From the IMG/VR virus record IMGVR_UViG_3300042294_004663: a stretch of 64,000 nucleotides of DNA; one strand, written 5' to 3'. Under the pieces are notes generated by a model, which worked only from the letters and a program-made list of their open reading frames with translations, did no database searches and had not been told where the DNA came from. This DNA comes from an uncultured virus (IMG/VR IMGVR_UViG_3300042294_004663). Its lineage: Duplodnaviria; Heunggongvirae; Uroviricota; Caudoviricetes. The position numbers were made by a program, and so were the translations under genes. Below, piece after piece: positions 29,260 to 39,382 of the stretch; position 1 is the first letter of the stretch; each line of letters starts with the position of its first letter.

Positions 29260-30855
29260 TTAATATCCATTACCCCAAGCACTTCCTGAAGGGGTTACTC
29301 CTAGAGACATTAGGGTAATACTATTTCCTACAGATGGGCATATTGTTCTAGTGCCATTAAGTTGAGTAGAATCATTAAGGTATAAAGTAGTTCCAACCAT
29401 AGTACTATTAATAATTACAATTCCAGTACCAGTACCATCTTTAATTTTAACTATTTCTACACATCTACCAGCAGGACTATTTAAAAAGTTAGTAATATTT
29501 AAACTTCCTTCTCCAACAGGACAAGCAGCAGTAGTGTTATCAATTATTAACAGTACATCATCATCACTTTGAACTTGTTTAGATGGAGATACAGTATAAT
29601 CAGCATTAGTTAAAGTTATAGTTCTATATCTTCTAACTCTAGATCCACTAGTAGTTAAAGTACTAGATACACCTACAGATCCTGTTACTGAAAAGAATGA
29701 TCCTGAAGCATATACTAAATTTGATCTGGAGCCATCGTTAGTTCCATTTCCTATAATAAATGCTGATTGAAATGGGGATAATAGGTTATATCTTCCTTGG
29801 ACATGTTGGTAATCACCTCCAGCCCAAGTACCTAATCCTTCAGCGTGAGAATAATCAGCAGTAGCTTGAGTTAATCTTCCTTCAGCATGTGATGCTTGTC
29901 CTGCAGCATAAGTATATTCTCCTTCAGCATGAGAATATATTCCTGACGATGTTGTGTATGCTCCTTCTGCATGGGATTGAGCAGCATTAGCAAATGTAAA
30001 AGAACCTTCAGCATGAGATTGCATACCTTGAGCTAAAGTATTTCCTCCTTCAGCATGTGATCCAATACCTCTAGCAATAGTTTGTTGACCTTCAGCGTGA
30101 GCAAAATTAGCCATTGCTATTGTACTAAACCCTTCGGCATGAGTGTAATCTGAGGTTGCTTGGGTGGTTGAACCTTCAGTATGAGACCCAATACCTATAG
30201 CTTTAGTTAAATACCCTTCAGCATGAGAAAAATCCCCAGATGCTGTGGTTGTAGAACCTTCAGCATGAGCGTATGTCCCTGAAGCAAATGTTGTATACCC
30301 TTCAGCATGAGAAGCAATACCTACTGATCGGGTATCTTTTCCTTCAGCGTGAGAATAAGGTCCCCCAGCTAAAGTACTGGCACCTTGTTGTAAACTTTCA
30401 TTTGGGTAAACATATTGAAAACTTACACTTGCTCCAAAAGCACTAGCACTATTATATTGAATACATTGATTAAATGGTGCAGGATTATTTACTGTACTAC
30501 TTGTAATATTTTGGATTACACTACTCGTAGAGAAGTTATTATTTACTACACTACTTGTAATATTTTGGGTAACACTACTTGTATAAAAATTATTAACAGC
30601 AAAAGCAGAAGATGCAGTATAATATATTAAACCAGTATTTACATCATAAGTTAAAACACTGTTTTGAATTGTATTGGTTAATCCATTAATAGCAACAGAT
30701 CCTGTTACAACTAAAGACCCAGACAATGCTACATCATAAGCATCAGCTCCAGTAAAAGCATCTACTGATTGGGATACATGCCATGATTGGATGGTAAAAT
30801 TTTGTACTACTTCATCTACAGTAGGGTCAAATACCTTTTTTAATATTTTTGCCAT
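29260..30855 (-). CDS. Fibre/adhesin with YadA-head-like beta-roll repeats
   Basis: About 13 tandem 14-aa repeats with an (S/A/T)HAEG core, followed by a FIIGNG...RSN neck-like motif. Confidence 0.8.
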   Translation of the reverse strand: MAKILKKVFDPTVDEVVQNFTIQSWHVSQSVDAFTGADAYDVALSGSLVVTGSVAINGLTNTIQNSVLTYDVNTGLIYYTASSAFAVNNFYTSSVTQNITSSVVNNNFSTSSVIQNITSSTVNNPAPFNQCIQYNSASAFGASVSFQYVYPNESLQQGASTLAGGPYSHAEGKDTRSVGIASHAEGYTTFASGTYAHAEGSTTTASGDFSHAEGYLTKAIGIGSHTEGSTTQATSDYTHAEGFSTIAMANFAHAEGQQTIARGIGSHAEGGNTLAQGMQSHAEGSFTFANAAQSHAEGAYTTSSGIYSHAEGEYTYAAGQASHAEGRLTQATADYSHAEGLGTWAGGDYQHVQGRYNLLSPFQSAFIIGNGTNDGSRSNLVYASGSFFSVTGSVGVSSTLTTSGSRVRRYRTITLTNADYTVSPSKQVQSDDDVLLIIDNTTAACPVGEGSLNITNFLNSPAGRCVEIVKIKDGTGTGIVIINSTMVGTTLYLNDSTQLNGTRTICPSVGNSITLMSLGVTPSGSAWGNGY

Positions 30856-30879
30856 TTAAATATTTTGTTATAAATATCG

Positions 30880-31431
30880 TCAAGATTGTAAATTATTCAA
30901 ATTATTATCAATAGCAGTTTTATACATTTCAGGTAAATCTTGATCTTTTAATTCTTTAAATAAATCTATAGATTCATTCCATAATCCAACCCACCATGCA
31001 CAAACGGCTTTTTCAAATGTAAATCCTAATTTACCAGGGTATTCTACATCGGTTGTTGTATTTGGATTATCAATAGCAAACTCATACGCTGTTACAGCCA
31101 TAGTATAACCTTCTTGCCAATCTTTATTTCGCTCATAAATTCTAGTTAATAAAAAATAAGCTTCAGGTCGTTTTGGTAAAAGTGAAATAGCACGTAATAA
31201 AATACCTTTAATAGTAAATATACGATTACCTTGTTTTTCAAAACATAATGCCATTCGCATTAATGCTTCATATTGGAGATTTTTATCATGTCCAAATTCA
31301 GTACTACGAAGATAAAAACCAGCAGCTGATGCTGTTTGTCCTTGTTGTTCATAACTCCACCCCAAATTAAAATTAATTGCTTGATTTTTAGGATCTTTTA
31401 TATATTTTTGTAACCAATATTGTAGTGTCAT
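30880..31431 (-). CDS. TPR-repeat protein
   Basis: Helical repeats (FNLGWSY...AAGFYLR; AISLLPKRPEAYFLL) of the kind found with glycosyltransferases. Confidence 0.75.
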   Translation of the reverse strand: MTLQYWLQKYIKDPKNQAINFNLGWSYEQQGQTASAAGFYLRSTEFGHDKNLQYEALMRMALCFEKQGNRIFTIKGILLRAISLLPKRPEAYFLLTRIYERNKDWQEGYTMAVTAYEFAIDNPNTTTDVEYPGKLGFTFEKAVCAWWVGLWNESIDLFKELKDQDLPEMYKTAIDNNLNNLQS

Positions 31432-31433
31432 AA

Positions 31434-33965
31434 TTATTTTTTATCAGGTGATACTGCATTTTCACATCCTTGACATAAGGAAAAACATTGTAGTGGTCTA
31501 GGAATTACATCTTCATAATCTTGTTCAAATATATTTCCTAAAATGTGTTTTAAACCGTAATCCATACAACATAATGAAACATCTCCATTAGGTAATACAA
31601 CGTTATGGTATAGATCTTCAACACAACCACAAGTCATAGGTTTATCACCATGATCCATATGCTGGAATCGATCTTTATATTTTTCTAGTTCGGGTTTGAT
31701 AATGGCTTCGCCTAATAGGTTACCTGCTCTAGACCAAAATGTAGGAACATGTACTTCAGGCCACAAATGTTTAACACTTTCATGTACCTCTCCCATACAC
31801 ATAACGTAAAAGTTTTCTATATGGTTTTCAAGTTCTTTAAAACGTTCAAATACTTCAATTAAGCGAGGTGTAATTGGATGTTTAGCAATAAGTTCTTGAT
31901 CAGGTATATGTAAACATAAACCGCCATTTTCTCCACCATCAAATTTAATATCTTTAATACGTTCTACATCTTCAACTGTCATACCTACACCTGTAGTGAA
32001 TGCTGCTATAGAATGTCCTTGTTGGGAAGCATAAATAAGCATATCTGTACAACGTTTATTTAACCACGGTTCAGTAAATCCAGAAAATGTTACTCGTACT
32101 TCTTTAGGTAATTTATCTATTACCTTTTTAAAGTTTTCAAATGTCATTGTTTTATCTGCCTTGTAAACATTTAGTAATGTTCGTTGAGGACAAAATGCAC
32201 AATCAATTACACATCCTTTTGGTGGGATTGATGTAGTAAACTCTAAAGTTGGTAATGAAGTTAATCGCCAATGTTCTTTTTTCTCAGATCTACGATTATC
32301 AATATAAAGTGTAATTTCGTTATAGTAATCAATAAAATGATCGTTCCATAAATCCCACTTAATATCTACTCCATCCCATGAATAAACATCAAATGTATGG
32401 AATTGTTTTAAATAAGTATCTCTAAATATTCTAAACTTTTCTTTTAATTCCGGGGTAGCTAAATGCCATTCACCTACAATCTTTTTAACGTTTTGTTTGA
32501 TCCAAGGTAAACGTTCTGTAGTAAAAATATCATATTCACCACCTTCACAATCAATTTTCATAAAATCAATTTGTGAAACTTCATATTCCTTTAAAAAAGT
32601 ATCGAATGTAATAGCATCTGCGATAGCAGTTCTGCCATGAGTTTCTACAACATCTGAAAAATAGAGGCCTTTAAATTCGGTTTCACCATCTACATTATTT
32701 ATACCTTTATTAATTAATGTAACATTGGGATTATTTCCAATATTTTGAACCATTGTGTCAAATAGTGTTTTTTTTGGTTCAAAACAATAAACATGTTTTG
32801 GTTGTTTATCTAAAATTGAAAATGTAAATGGACCTACCGATGCTCCAATATCTAAAACAATATCATCTTTTTCAATAGGAAATTTTTCTGTATAATCTTC
32901 ACGAATAAAAATTTCTTCAGTAACTGTTTCTTGAAACCATGGACTTTCTGCGATTTCTCCCCAATTAAATTCACGAGATTTTTTTTCTGATTCAATATAT
33001 TGATCAAAGAATGTTTGAGGCATTCTTAAAATATAAGCAGCATTATCCTGGAAACCGAATGTAATGAGTAAATCATCTTTATGTTCTGTTAGTCCACAAC
33101 AAAATTCAACTTCACCATCCATAAAACTAAATGGTTTTGAAACATGCTCAATATTCCAATCTTTATCCCAGATTACAAAACGATGTGTGTATTTTCCATC
33201 TTTTTGTCCAAGTTTGTTCTTAAATAAATCAACTTCATGGATAACACAAATACGTTTTCCTTTATATGGAATAATTTGTGAACTACCTCTCATATCTTGA
33301 TGTTGTCCAGTTCCGGGTTTTACAACTCGTTGGAAACATTCAAGTGTTTCAGGATTTGCCTCTACTAATTCAGTAGGATTAGTCCATTTCATAAAATGGT
33401 TAGGCATATCATTAACAACCATCCAATTTTTTTCGCAATAGGATGTTTGATCATATGGGTGTTTGATACGACTACGTTTTATTTCTCGAACTTTACCATC
33501 TTTTACCTCAAGTTCAGACATTTCCATTCTACCTTCACCATTAGAAGTTGTATCTCGTCTAACACCACAAATATACAATTTATCGTTCCAACGAACTAAA
33601 CGTCCATCTTCTAAACCAACAAATTGCCAAATAGGTGGTACATCTAGTTTAGACGTATCAATTTTTGTAAATGATTTAACTTCTAAATCATCAGTTACCT
33701 CACAAAAATAATTTGTTGTACGTAAATGTAGGTCATTTTCGGGATTTAGATATGCTAATGGACCCCAACGATTAATATACAATTGTTCTCCTTCACAATG
33801 ATATAATGTATAATTTACATGACGTAAATTCATTATAAGTTTACCATTATCGTTGTAAATGGAAGGATTCATTAATCCTGTCCCGTTGGTTTGATCAGCG
33901 GGGATAATAATGGGATGTATAGAACCATTATTTTTTAAAACCTTTTTAACAAAATTTGAATTCAT
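31434..33965 (-). CDS. Three-domain fusion: five-bladed propeller sugar enzyme + FkbM-type methyltransferase + radical SAM/SPASM-like domain
   Basis: Propeller motifs NPSI, GLEDGRL, EKNW and EFCCG; methyltransferase motifs LDIGASVG, FEP and KIDCEGGE; radical SAM motifs CVIDCAFC, FSGFTEP, SRAGN and VLPNGDVSLCCMD...CQGC. Confidence 0.85.
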   Translation of the reverse strand: MNSNFVKKVLKNNGSIHPIIIPADQTNGTGLMNPSIYNDNGKLIMNLRHVNYTLYHCEGEQLYINRWGPLAYLNPENDLHLRTTNYFCEVTDDLEVKSFTKIDTSKLDVPPIWQFVGLEDGRLVRWNDKLYICGVRRDTTSNGEGRMEMSELEVKDGKVREIKRSRIKHPYDQTSYCEKNWMVVNDMPNHFMKWTNPTELVEANPETLECFQRVVKPGTGQHQDMRGSSQIIPYKGKRICVIHEVDLFKNKLGQKDGKYTHRFVIWDKDWNIEHVSKPFSFMDGEVEFCCGLTEHKDDLLITFGFQDNAAYILRMPQTFFDQYIESEKKSREFNWGEIAESPWFQETVTEEIFIREDYTEKFPIEKDDIVLDIGASVGPFTFSILDKQPKHVYCFEPKKTLFDTMVQNIGNNPNVTLINKGINNVDGETEFKGLYFSDVVETHGRTAIADAITFDTFLKEYEVSQIDFMKIDCEGGEYDIFTTERLPWIKQNVKKIVGEWHLATPELKEKFRIFRDTYLKQFHTFDVYSWDGVDIKWDLWNDHFIDYYNEITLYIDNRRSEKKEHWRLTSLPTLEFTTSIPPKGCVIDCAFCPQRTLLNVYKADKTMTFENFKKVIDKLPKEVRVTFSGFTEPWLNKRCTDMLIYASQQGHSIAAFTTGVGMTVEDVERIKDIKFDGGENGGLCLHIPDQELIAKHPITPRLIEVFERFKELENHIENFYVMCMGEVHESVKHLWPEVHVPTFWSRAGNLLGEAIIKPELEKYKDRFQHMDHGDKPMTCGCVEDLYHNVVLPNGDVSLCCMDYGLKHILGNIFEQDYEDVIPRPLQCFSLCQGCENAVSPDKK

Positions 33966-33969
33966 ACTA

Positions 33970-34001
33970 TGAATGTATGAATAATATTTTAAATATCCAA
34001 G
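33970..34001 (-). promoter_or_regulatory. Bacteroidota sigma70-type promoter (fusion enzyme), probably leaderless
   Basis: CTTG-N20-TACATTCA, ending 4 nt before the ATG. Confidence 0.5.
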
Positions 34002-34358
34002 TTATCTAGGACAAAGGCCAACTAGTATGAAATTTGAATTACCATTCCAATTCCATAATTTAACACCATCAGAATAAAAACCTATTGGTGCAAATGAAGT
34101 ACCACATCCACCCGAAACATATAATAATTCATTTATATCATCAAAATCATAATTTTGTGGGGTTGCCACACATGCATATGAAGGGGGATTTCTTCTTGCA
34201 TCTGAATATCCTAAACTTAATGTAATACAAGTTGGTGCACTACCTGGCCATCCTGGGATAGAATTGGTTGGGACACCCACTATATTTGATATAGAGGTAG
34301 CTGCTACTCCTTTTATAGAGGATATATTTTCTACTGGGACTCCTGAGACTGTGGCCAT
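34002..34358 (-). CDS. Hypothetical fibre-associated protein
   Basis: Short N-terminal repeats (V/I)xGV...I and a Cys-containing C-terminus. Confidence 0.7.
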   Translation of the reverse strand: MATVSGVPVENISSIKGVAATSISNIVGVPTNSIPGWPGSAPTCITLSLGYSDARRNPPSYACVATPQNYDFDDINELLYVSGGCGTSFAPIGFYSDGVKLWNWNGNSNFILVGLCPR

Positions 34359-34367
34359 TAATTATGG

Positions 34368-35117
34368 TTATTCGATTATTTTAAGATCATCTATATATTG
34401 AGCTAAAGTATTCCAATTTCTTTGAATAGCAATTATTGAATTATATTTGGTTCTTAATTCTGGTGTTAGTGTAGCATTAGAAAGATTTTGGTATGCTTGG
34501 TATAAACCAATTAATGGTTCAATATTAAATTTCATAGATAAATCTTTTTCTCTATTTAAAATATCGTTTTGAGCATATATTACATCTGTGGAAAGTTTTT
34601 TTATAATTTCCATTTTTTGTTTAAGATTAGCAATTTCAGATTCTATAGATAATATATCATCTTTTAATTGTTCTCCATCATATTCATATTTTTTAGTATT
34701 CCAATCTATATCATTTTTAGCATCCTCCTCAGGAATTAAATAGATATAAATTATTTGTTCTTTACCATCTTTACTATTGTTTGTTTTAAGGATACCAACA
34801 CTACTTCTTATATCACCTACATCTACAGCCTTATTCCATTCAACCATTAAAGATGATTCTGGGGAGATATCAACACATGGGATAAGTGTTCCATCTGAGT
34901 TGTAGTAGGATAACGATAATGAAACTTGAAAGTATCCTGTTTTAGATTCTTGAATATTATTTAATATTTTATTTAATTCTTCTAAAGTTGAAGATATATC
35001 CTTTTGAAAAATTACATAAGGTTTATGGAAATCAGTAATTGTGATTTTTGCTCTTATTTTAGTTTTTGGAGTTATTCCGGTACTGTAATTTGGGTGAGAT
35101 TCTATAATTAAATTCAT
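34368..35117 (-). CDS. Hypothetical protein
   Basis: 249-aa ORF with a coiled-coil-like C-terminal half. Confidence 0.65.
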   Translation of the reverse strand: MNLIIESHPNYSTGITPKTKIRAKITITDFHKPYVIFQKDISSTLEELNKILNNIQESKTGYFQVSLSLSYYNSDGTLIPCVDISPESSLMVEWNKAVDVGDIRSSVGILKTNNSKDGKEQIIYIYLIPEEDAKNDIDWNTKKYEYDGEQLKDDILSIESEIANLKQKMEIIKKLSTDVIYAQNDILNREKDLSMKFNIEPLIGLYQAYQNLSNATLTPELRTKYNSIIAIQRNWNTLAQYIDDLKIIE

Positions 35118-35145
35118 ATTTGTTTATTTTTAATTTAAGTTTTTA

Positions 35146-37491
35146 TTAAAGGAGTACAAAATCGTTTGATGGTCTAAAGAATATAAGATAATATAATTCA
35201 TCAGTTGTGTATTTATATGCATGTCCTAAAATTCTAACATACTGACCTGTTACCGTTGGTACTCCATTTTGCATAAATCCAGCTATGTTAATATTTCCAT
35301 ATAATGGTTCAGAATAATTAGTAGAGGTAACATCTTGTAATCCTACAAATTCTTCTGTAGTTCTAGCATTATATCCTACAACATGTCCGTCTAATAAAAA
35401 TTTATTCTCACCTACATATATTGAAAGTAACTGAGTACATCTAGCATCATTAAAATCAGCTACTACCCACGTATTTGTACTTGAATTTAGGCGGCATACA
35501 TCTCCTACTGCTATGGATCCTGGGGTTCCTTCTATAGTATGTCCAGACCACCATGTTTTTTCTGCATTTACAGAAGAAATTAAAGCTGCGGATTGGGATG
35601 CTGCGGATACATAGAAATCGTTTTGATAGATGTTGGAAGTTGTTTTTGAGGTGTTTGGGTAATTACCTGCTCCCCAATCTAATGCGATTTCGTTCGTACC
35701 AGCATATAAGTGTCTAAAACTCTCCCAACGTAAAGCGGTCCTTCCTAATTCATCGGTTAATAAAAATAAGGGAGCATCAAAATTAAGTAATATACCTGAT
35801 TGAGAACCACCCACACCAAAAGTAGTTTCCATAATATCATTGTTACTTGAATTAATTCTCCAGAAACTATCTTGGAATGTTGTAGAGTTTGATCTATATG
35901 GTAGGTAATAATCTGTAGGGTTAATAGTAGTACCACCGCTGCCACTACCAGCAATACCTTGTATACCTTGGGTACCAGTTGTTCCTTGAGTAGCAGTTCC
36001 AACTGCTCCTTGAGTTCCGGTTGTTCCTTGTGCACCTGTTCCTCCTGTTGCTCCAGTTGTTCCTTGTGCACCTGTTCCTCCTGTTGCTCCAGTTGTTCCT
36101 TGTGCACCTGTTCCTCCTGTTGCTCCAGTAGTACCTTGTGCTCCAGTTCCTCCTGTTGCTCCAGTAGTACCTTGTGCTCCAGTTCCTCCTGTTGCTCCAG
36201 TAGTACCTTGTGCTCCAGTTCCTCCTGTTGCTCCAGTAGTACCTTGTGCTCCAGTTCCTCCTGTTGCTCCAGTTGTTCCTTGTGCACCTGTTCCTCCTGT
36301 TGCTCCAGTTGTTCCTTGTGCACCTGTTCCTCCTGTTGCTCCAGTAGTACCTTGTGCTCCAGTTCCTCCTGTTGCTCCAGTAGTACCTTGTGCTCCAGTT
36401 CCTCCTGTTGCTCCAGTAGTACCTTGTGCTCCAGTTCCTCCTGTTGCTCCAGTAGTACCTTGTGCACCTGTTGCTCCTTGGGTACCTGTTCCTCCCGTTC
36501 CTCCAGTTGCACCTTGCGCTCCAGTTGTTCCTTGAGTTGCAGTACCCGTAGTACCTTGCGCTCCAGTTGTTCCTTGAGTTGCAGTACCCGTAGTACCTTG
36601 TGCACCAGTTGTACCTTGAGTAGCAGTCCCAACTGCTCCTTGTGCTCCAGTTGTTCCTTGAGTTGCAGTACCCGTAGTACCTTGTGCTCCGGTAGTTCCT
36701 TGTGTAGCGGTTCCTGTTGTTCCTTGTGCTCCAGTTGTTCCTTGAGTTGCAGTACCCGTAGTACCTTGTGCTCCGGTAGTTCCTTGTGTAGCGGTTCCTG
36801 TTGTTCCTTGTGCTCCAGTTGTTCCTTGTGTAGCGGTTCCTGTTGTTCCTTGTGCACCAGTTGTACCTTGAGTACCATTAGTACCCGCGGTTCCTTGGGC
36901 ACCTGTTGCACCTTGTGTACCAGTAGTACCTACGGTTCCTTGCGCACCAGTAGCTCCTTGAGTTCCAGTTCCTCCCGTTCCTCCAGTTGCACCTTGTGTA
37001 CCAGTTGTTCCTTGTGCTCCAGTTCCTCCAGTGTTTCCTTGTGTACCCGTTGCACCCTGTGTACCAGTTGTTCCAGTAGTACCTTGTGTACCTGTTGTAC
37101 CTGTTGTTCCTTGAGTACCAGTTGAACCTTGAGCACCTTGTAAACTTAATGCGGTGTTATATCCTAATTGTTTCGAAGTAGAGTTAAATACTACAACATT
37201 TGTATCAGCTGCTGTTGGTAAAGTTACGGTTTTAATTGATCCACTTAATTGGATTGAGCCATTTGAACCTGATATTACAATAGATTCAGCTCCAAATCTT
37301 CCTAAAAGAACACTATTATCAGAAAATGCTTCCATAACAGGAATGCCTGAAATGTCATTTACTGAAAATAATGATCCAGATAAAGAGTCAGTTACTGAGA
37401 ATAATTGACCTTGGGATCCTTGAATGTCTAGGATAGTTGAGCCTGATCCTTGAACGATCAGACCTTTTTTGACTTTAAATTCGTTTGCCAT
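35146..37491 (-). CDS. Collagen-like fibre protein (proline-free GxQ/GxT)
   Basis: About 390 aa of G-X-Y repeats between globular N- and C-terminal domains. Confidence 0.9.
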   Translation of the reverse strand: MANEFKVKKGLIVQGSGSTILDIQGSQGQLFSVTDSLSGSLFSVNDISGIPVMEAFSDNSVLLGRFGAESIVISGSNGSIQLSGSIKTVTLPTAADTNVVVFNSTSKQLGYNTALSLQGAQGSTGTQGTTGTTGTQGTTGTTGTQGATGTQGNTGGTGAQGTTGTQGATGGTGGTGTQGATGAQGTVGTTGTQGATGAQGTAGTNGTQGTTGAQGTTGTATQGTTGAQGTTGTATQGTTGAQGTTGTATQGTTGAQGTTGTATQGTTGAQGTTGTATQGTTGAQGAVGTATQGTTGAQGTTGTATQGTTGAQGTTGTATQGTTGAQGATGGTGGTGTQGATGAQGTTGATGGTGAQGTTGATGGTGAQGTTGATGGTGAQGTTGATGGTGAQGTTGATGGTGAQGTTGATGGTGAQGTTGATGGTGAQGTTGATGGTGAQGTTGATGGTGAQGTTGATGGTGAQGTTGATGGTGAQGTTGATGGTGAQGTTGTQGAVGTATQGTTGTQGIQGIAGSGSGGTTINPTDYYLPYRSNSTTFQDSFWRINSSNNDIMETTFGVGGSQSGILLNFDAPLFLLTDELGRTALRWESFRHLYAGTNEIALDWGAGNYPNTSKTTSNIYQNDFYVSAASQSAALISSVNAEKTWWSGHTIEGTPGSIAVGDVCRLNSSTNTWVVADFNDARCTQLLSIYVGENKFLLDGHVVGYNARTTEEFVGLQDVTSTNYSEPLYGNINIAGFMQNGVPTVTGQYVRILGHAYKYTTDELYYLIFFRPSNDFVLL
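36020..36865. repeat. Coding tandem repeats: 12 x 36 nt ([12 protein letters not shown]) and about 8 x 42 nt ([14 protein letters not shown])
   Basis: Visible in both DNA and protein; boundaries are approximate. Confidence 0.9.
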
Positions 37492-37559
37492 AATTATTTA
37501 CCTTTCATTGTCCAGGTTATACTATTATAAATATATGTTGTAAATCAAATATTATTAGG

Positions 37560-37778
37560 TTATTGACAATTTACACAAGGTAAAGGATCTTGAGTCAAGA
37601 TATAAATCTCATTCCCTTTTTCTTCCAGTGTATATTCTCCAATATTTGGAAAAATATAATCAATAATAATTTTTGCTTCATCTAAATCAGATGCTTGTTG
37701 TCTGTTAAAAACACACATATAGTTTTCAACAAATGATTGATGTTTTACAAATGCTAGTTCTGTTATCATCTTGCCCAA
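37560..37778 (-). CDS. Hypothetical protein
   Basis: Short ORF coupled to the upstream gene, with a C-terminal CxxC. Confidence 0.6.
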   Translation of the reverse strand: MGKMITELAFVKHQSFVENYMCVFNRQQASDLDEAKIIIDYIFPNIGEYTLEEKGNEIYILTQDPLPCVNCQ

Positions 37779-38419
37779 ATAATTAATTTTTGTGCTCTAT
37801 CTACTGGACATGCACAGCAGTGATTATAAGCTGGGGTTCCTTCACACCCTGCAAACCAGGAAACAACACATGATTGTTCATAATAATTAGACCATCCACC
37901 TACAGCGCCTGAACAACCTCCACCAGCTGAAGTAATCCAGTCACTATAATTTGTTTCAAGACCTCTTTTTCGTTTAAATCTTGCTCCACCACTACTTGAG
38001 TTACTAGACCATAGATTCGGATTTTCAAATTGATTATACATTGTACTATCATTGGTTAAAGAACCATCTGCCCAAACAGTACCATATGCTTCTGATGTAT
38101 GGAACCATTGGGTTCTGGTTTCCTTTTGCCCATTGTTTAATATCCTTCTAATATTATCATCACTTAATTTTCTCATTGATGTATCATTAGGATTGGGTAA
38201 AGAACTACCAACAGCATTAGTAACATATGGTGATGTATCTCTAGGAAATGCAGTAAAAACTAAAAACCAAGCTCCAGTAGGATCACTTGTAACATCAGCC
38301 CACACTAATACACCATTATTCGAAAATTTTGAATCTCTTAAGTATACTAGTCCATTTTGTCTAAGATTTTGCTTAGCACTTATATAATCGTAAACAAATA
38401 TCCCTCCATGTGTTGCCAT
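37766..38419 (-). CDS. Hypothetical Trp/Cys-rich protein (possible receptor-binding domain)
   Basis: 217 aa with GAWFLV and a Cys-rich C-terminus; located in the fibre cluster. Confidence 0.65.
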   Translation of the reverse strand: MATHGGIFVYDYISAKQNLRQNGLVYLRDSKFSNNGVLVWADVTSDPTGAWFLVFTAFPRDTSPYVTNAVGSSLPNPNDTSMRKLSDDNIRRILNNGQKETRTQWFHTSEAYGTVWADGSLTNDSTMYNQFENPNLWSSNSSSGGARFKRKRGLETNYSDWITSAGGGCSGAVGGWSNYYEQSCVVSWFAGCEGTPAYNHCCACPVDRAQKLIIWAR

Positions 38420-38420
38420 A

Positions 38421-38702
38421 TTATATCATTGGGTTAGGATCAGTCCATTCCGGTGTAGCTAAAATAACTAAAATTTCTTCATACGTGTAAGGACCTTCAG
38501 ATGTTGTTAAATCAATAACACATTGAGGCATTGCACCGTCCCATTTTACAAATGTTTTTGTACCATCTAGTGAACGTCGTACTGTTTCTGCCGATGTCTC
38601 TAGAACTTGAGTAAAGTTAATTGTATTGAGTTCAGATACATTAAATATCATGAATTCTCTGTTGTCGTATTCTTGTAATTGCGTTTCCATATTAAAGTCC
38701 AA
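38421..38702 (-). CDS. Hypothetical protein
   Basis: 93-aa ORF coupled to the LamG genes. Confidence 0.7.
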   Translation of the reverse strand: MDFNMETQLQEYDNREFMIFNVSELNTINFTQVLETSAETVRRSLDGTKTFVKWDGAMPQCVIDLTTSEGPYTYEEILVILATPEWTDPNPMI

Positions 38703-39381
38703 ATCGTGTTTTAGTTGCGTTATAGTTTTGACGAACTTCTGTTGCTGAAAGTACTCGGTTCCACATTAAAAAGTTATAGACATTACCATCTAAAAAATAG
38801 TTACCACCTATTTGTAATCCAGTTTGATTTGATAAACCTGCACTTCCACCACCAGTTGTAGTTAATAAAGTTCCGTTTTTATAAAAATTTATATTTCCAT
38901 TTGACAATCCATTTCCATTATAAGTCATTGTAAAATGGAATATTTCATTTGTAGTAAAATTAATATTAGTTTGGGTAAAATTTGTTTGGGTTGGTATACT
39001 ATTTTTTATAAAATACCAATAACTATATCCTCCATAAAATACATTGGTAACAATATAGTGAGAGGAATTAGCAGAATTAAGATTTACCAAACATCTATCC
39101 CCCATAGCATCCAATTTCATCCATGCACTAAAAGACCATGCTCTTGATGACCAGTCAATATCTCCAAAGGGAGATGTTACTTGCACATAATCATTTGTCC
39201 CATCAAACACAATTGACCCACCATTTGAAGAATTAAACGTTGGTCCATTTGTTAATGCCCCATTATTTCCACCTCGACTTAAATCAGTCCATGTAGTTCC
39301 ACTACCAGGATAAGATCTATTATTTGCTGCATCAAGGCAAAGCACTAAACCATCGGTTACTATATTTGGTCCTGTAAACAT
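38692..39381 (-). CDS. LamG/concanavalin A-like lectin domain protein
   Basis: GLVLCLDAAN..SYPGSG..W.DLS, FDGTNDYV and WNRVLSATEVRQNY. Confidence 0.88.
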   Translation of the reverse strand: MFTGPNIVTDGLVLCLDAANNRSYPGSGTTWTDLSRGGNNGALTNGPTFNSSNGGSIVFDGTNDYVQVTSPFGDIDWSSRAWSFSAWMKLDAMGDRCLVNLNSANSSHYIVTNVFYGGYSYWYFIKNSIPTQTNFTQTNINFTTNEIFHFTMTYNGNGLSNGNINFYKNGTLLTTTGGGSAGLSNQTGLQIGGNYFLDGNVYNFLMWNRVLSATEVRQNYNATKTRFGL

Positions 39382-39382
39382 A

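Noticed and set aside
36020..36470. 36-nt periodic array resembling a CRISPR array
   Set aside because: The units are contiguous with no unique spacers, vary only at synonymous positions, lie inside a CDS, and no cas genes are present.
35757..37136. Long alternative-frame and antisense ORFs (384 aa [13 protein letters not shown]; 388 aa Cys/Ser-rich)
   Set aside because: They are shadows of the collagen repeat, whose codon pattern lacks stops in other frames. They start and end with the repeat. The same applies to the ORFs at 40698-42530.
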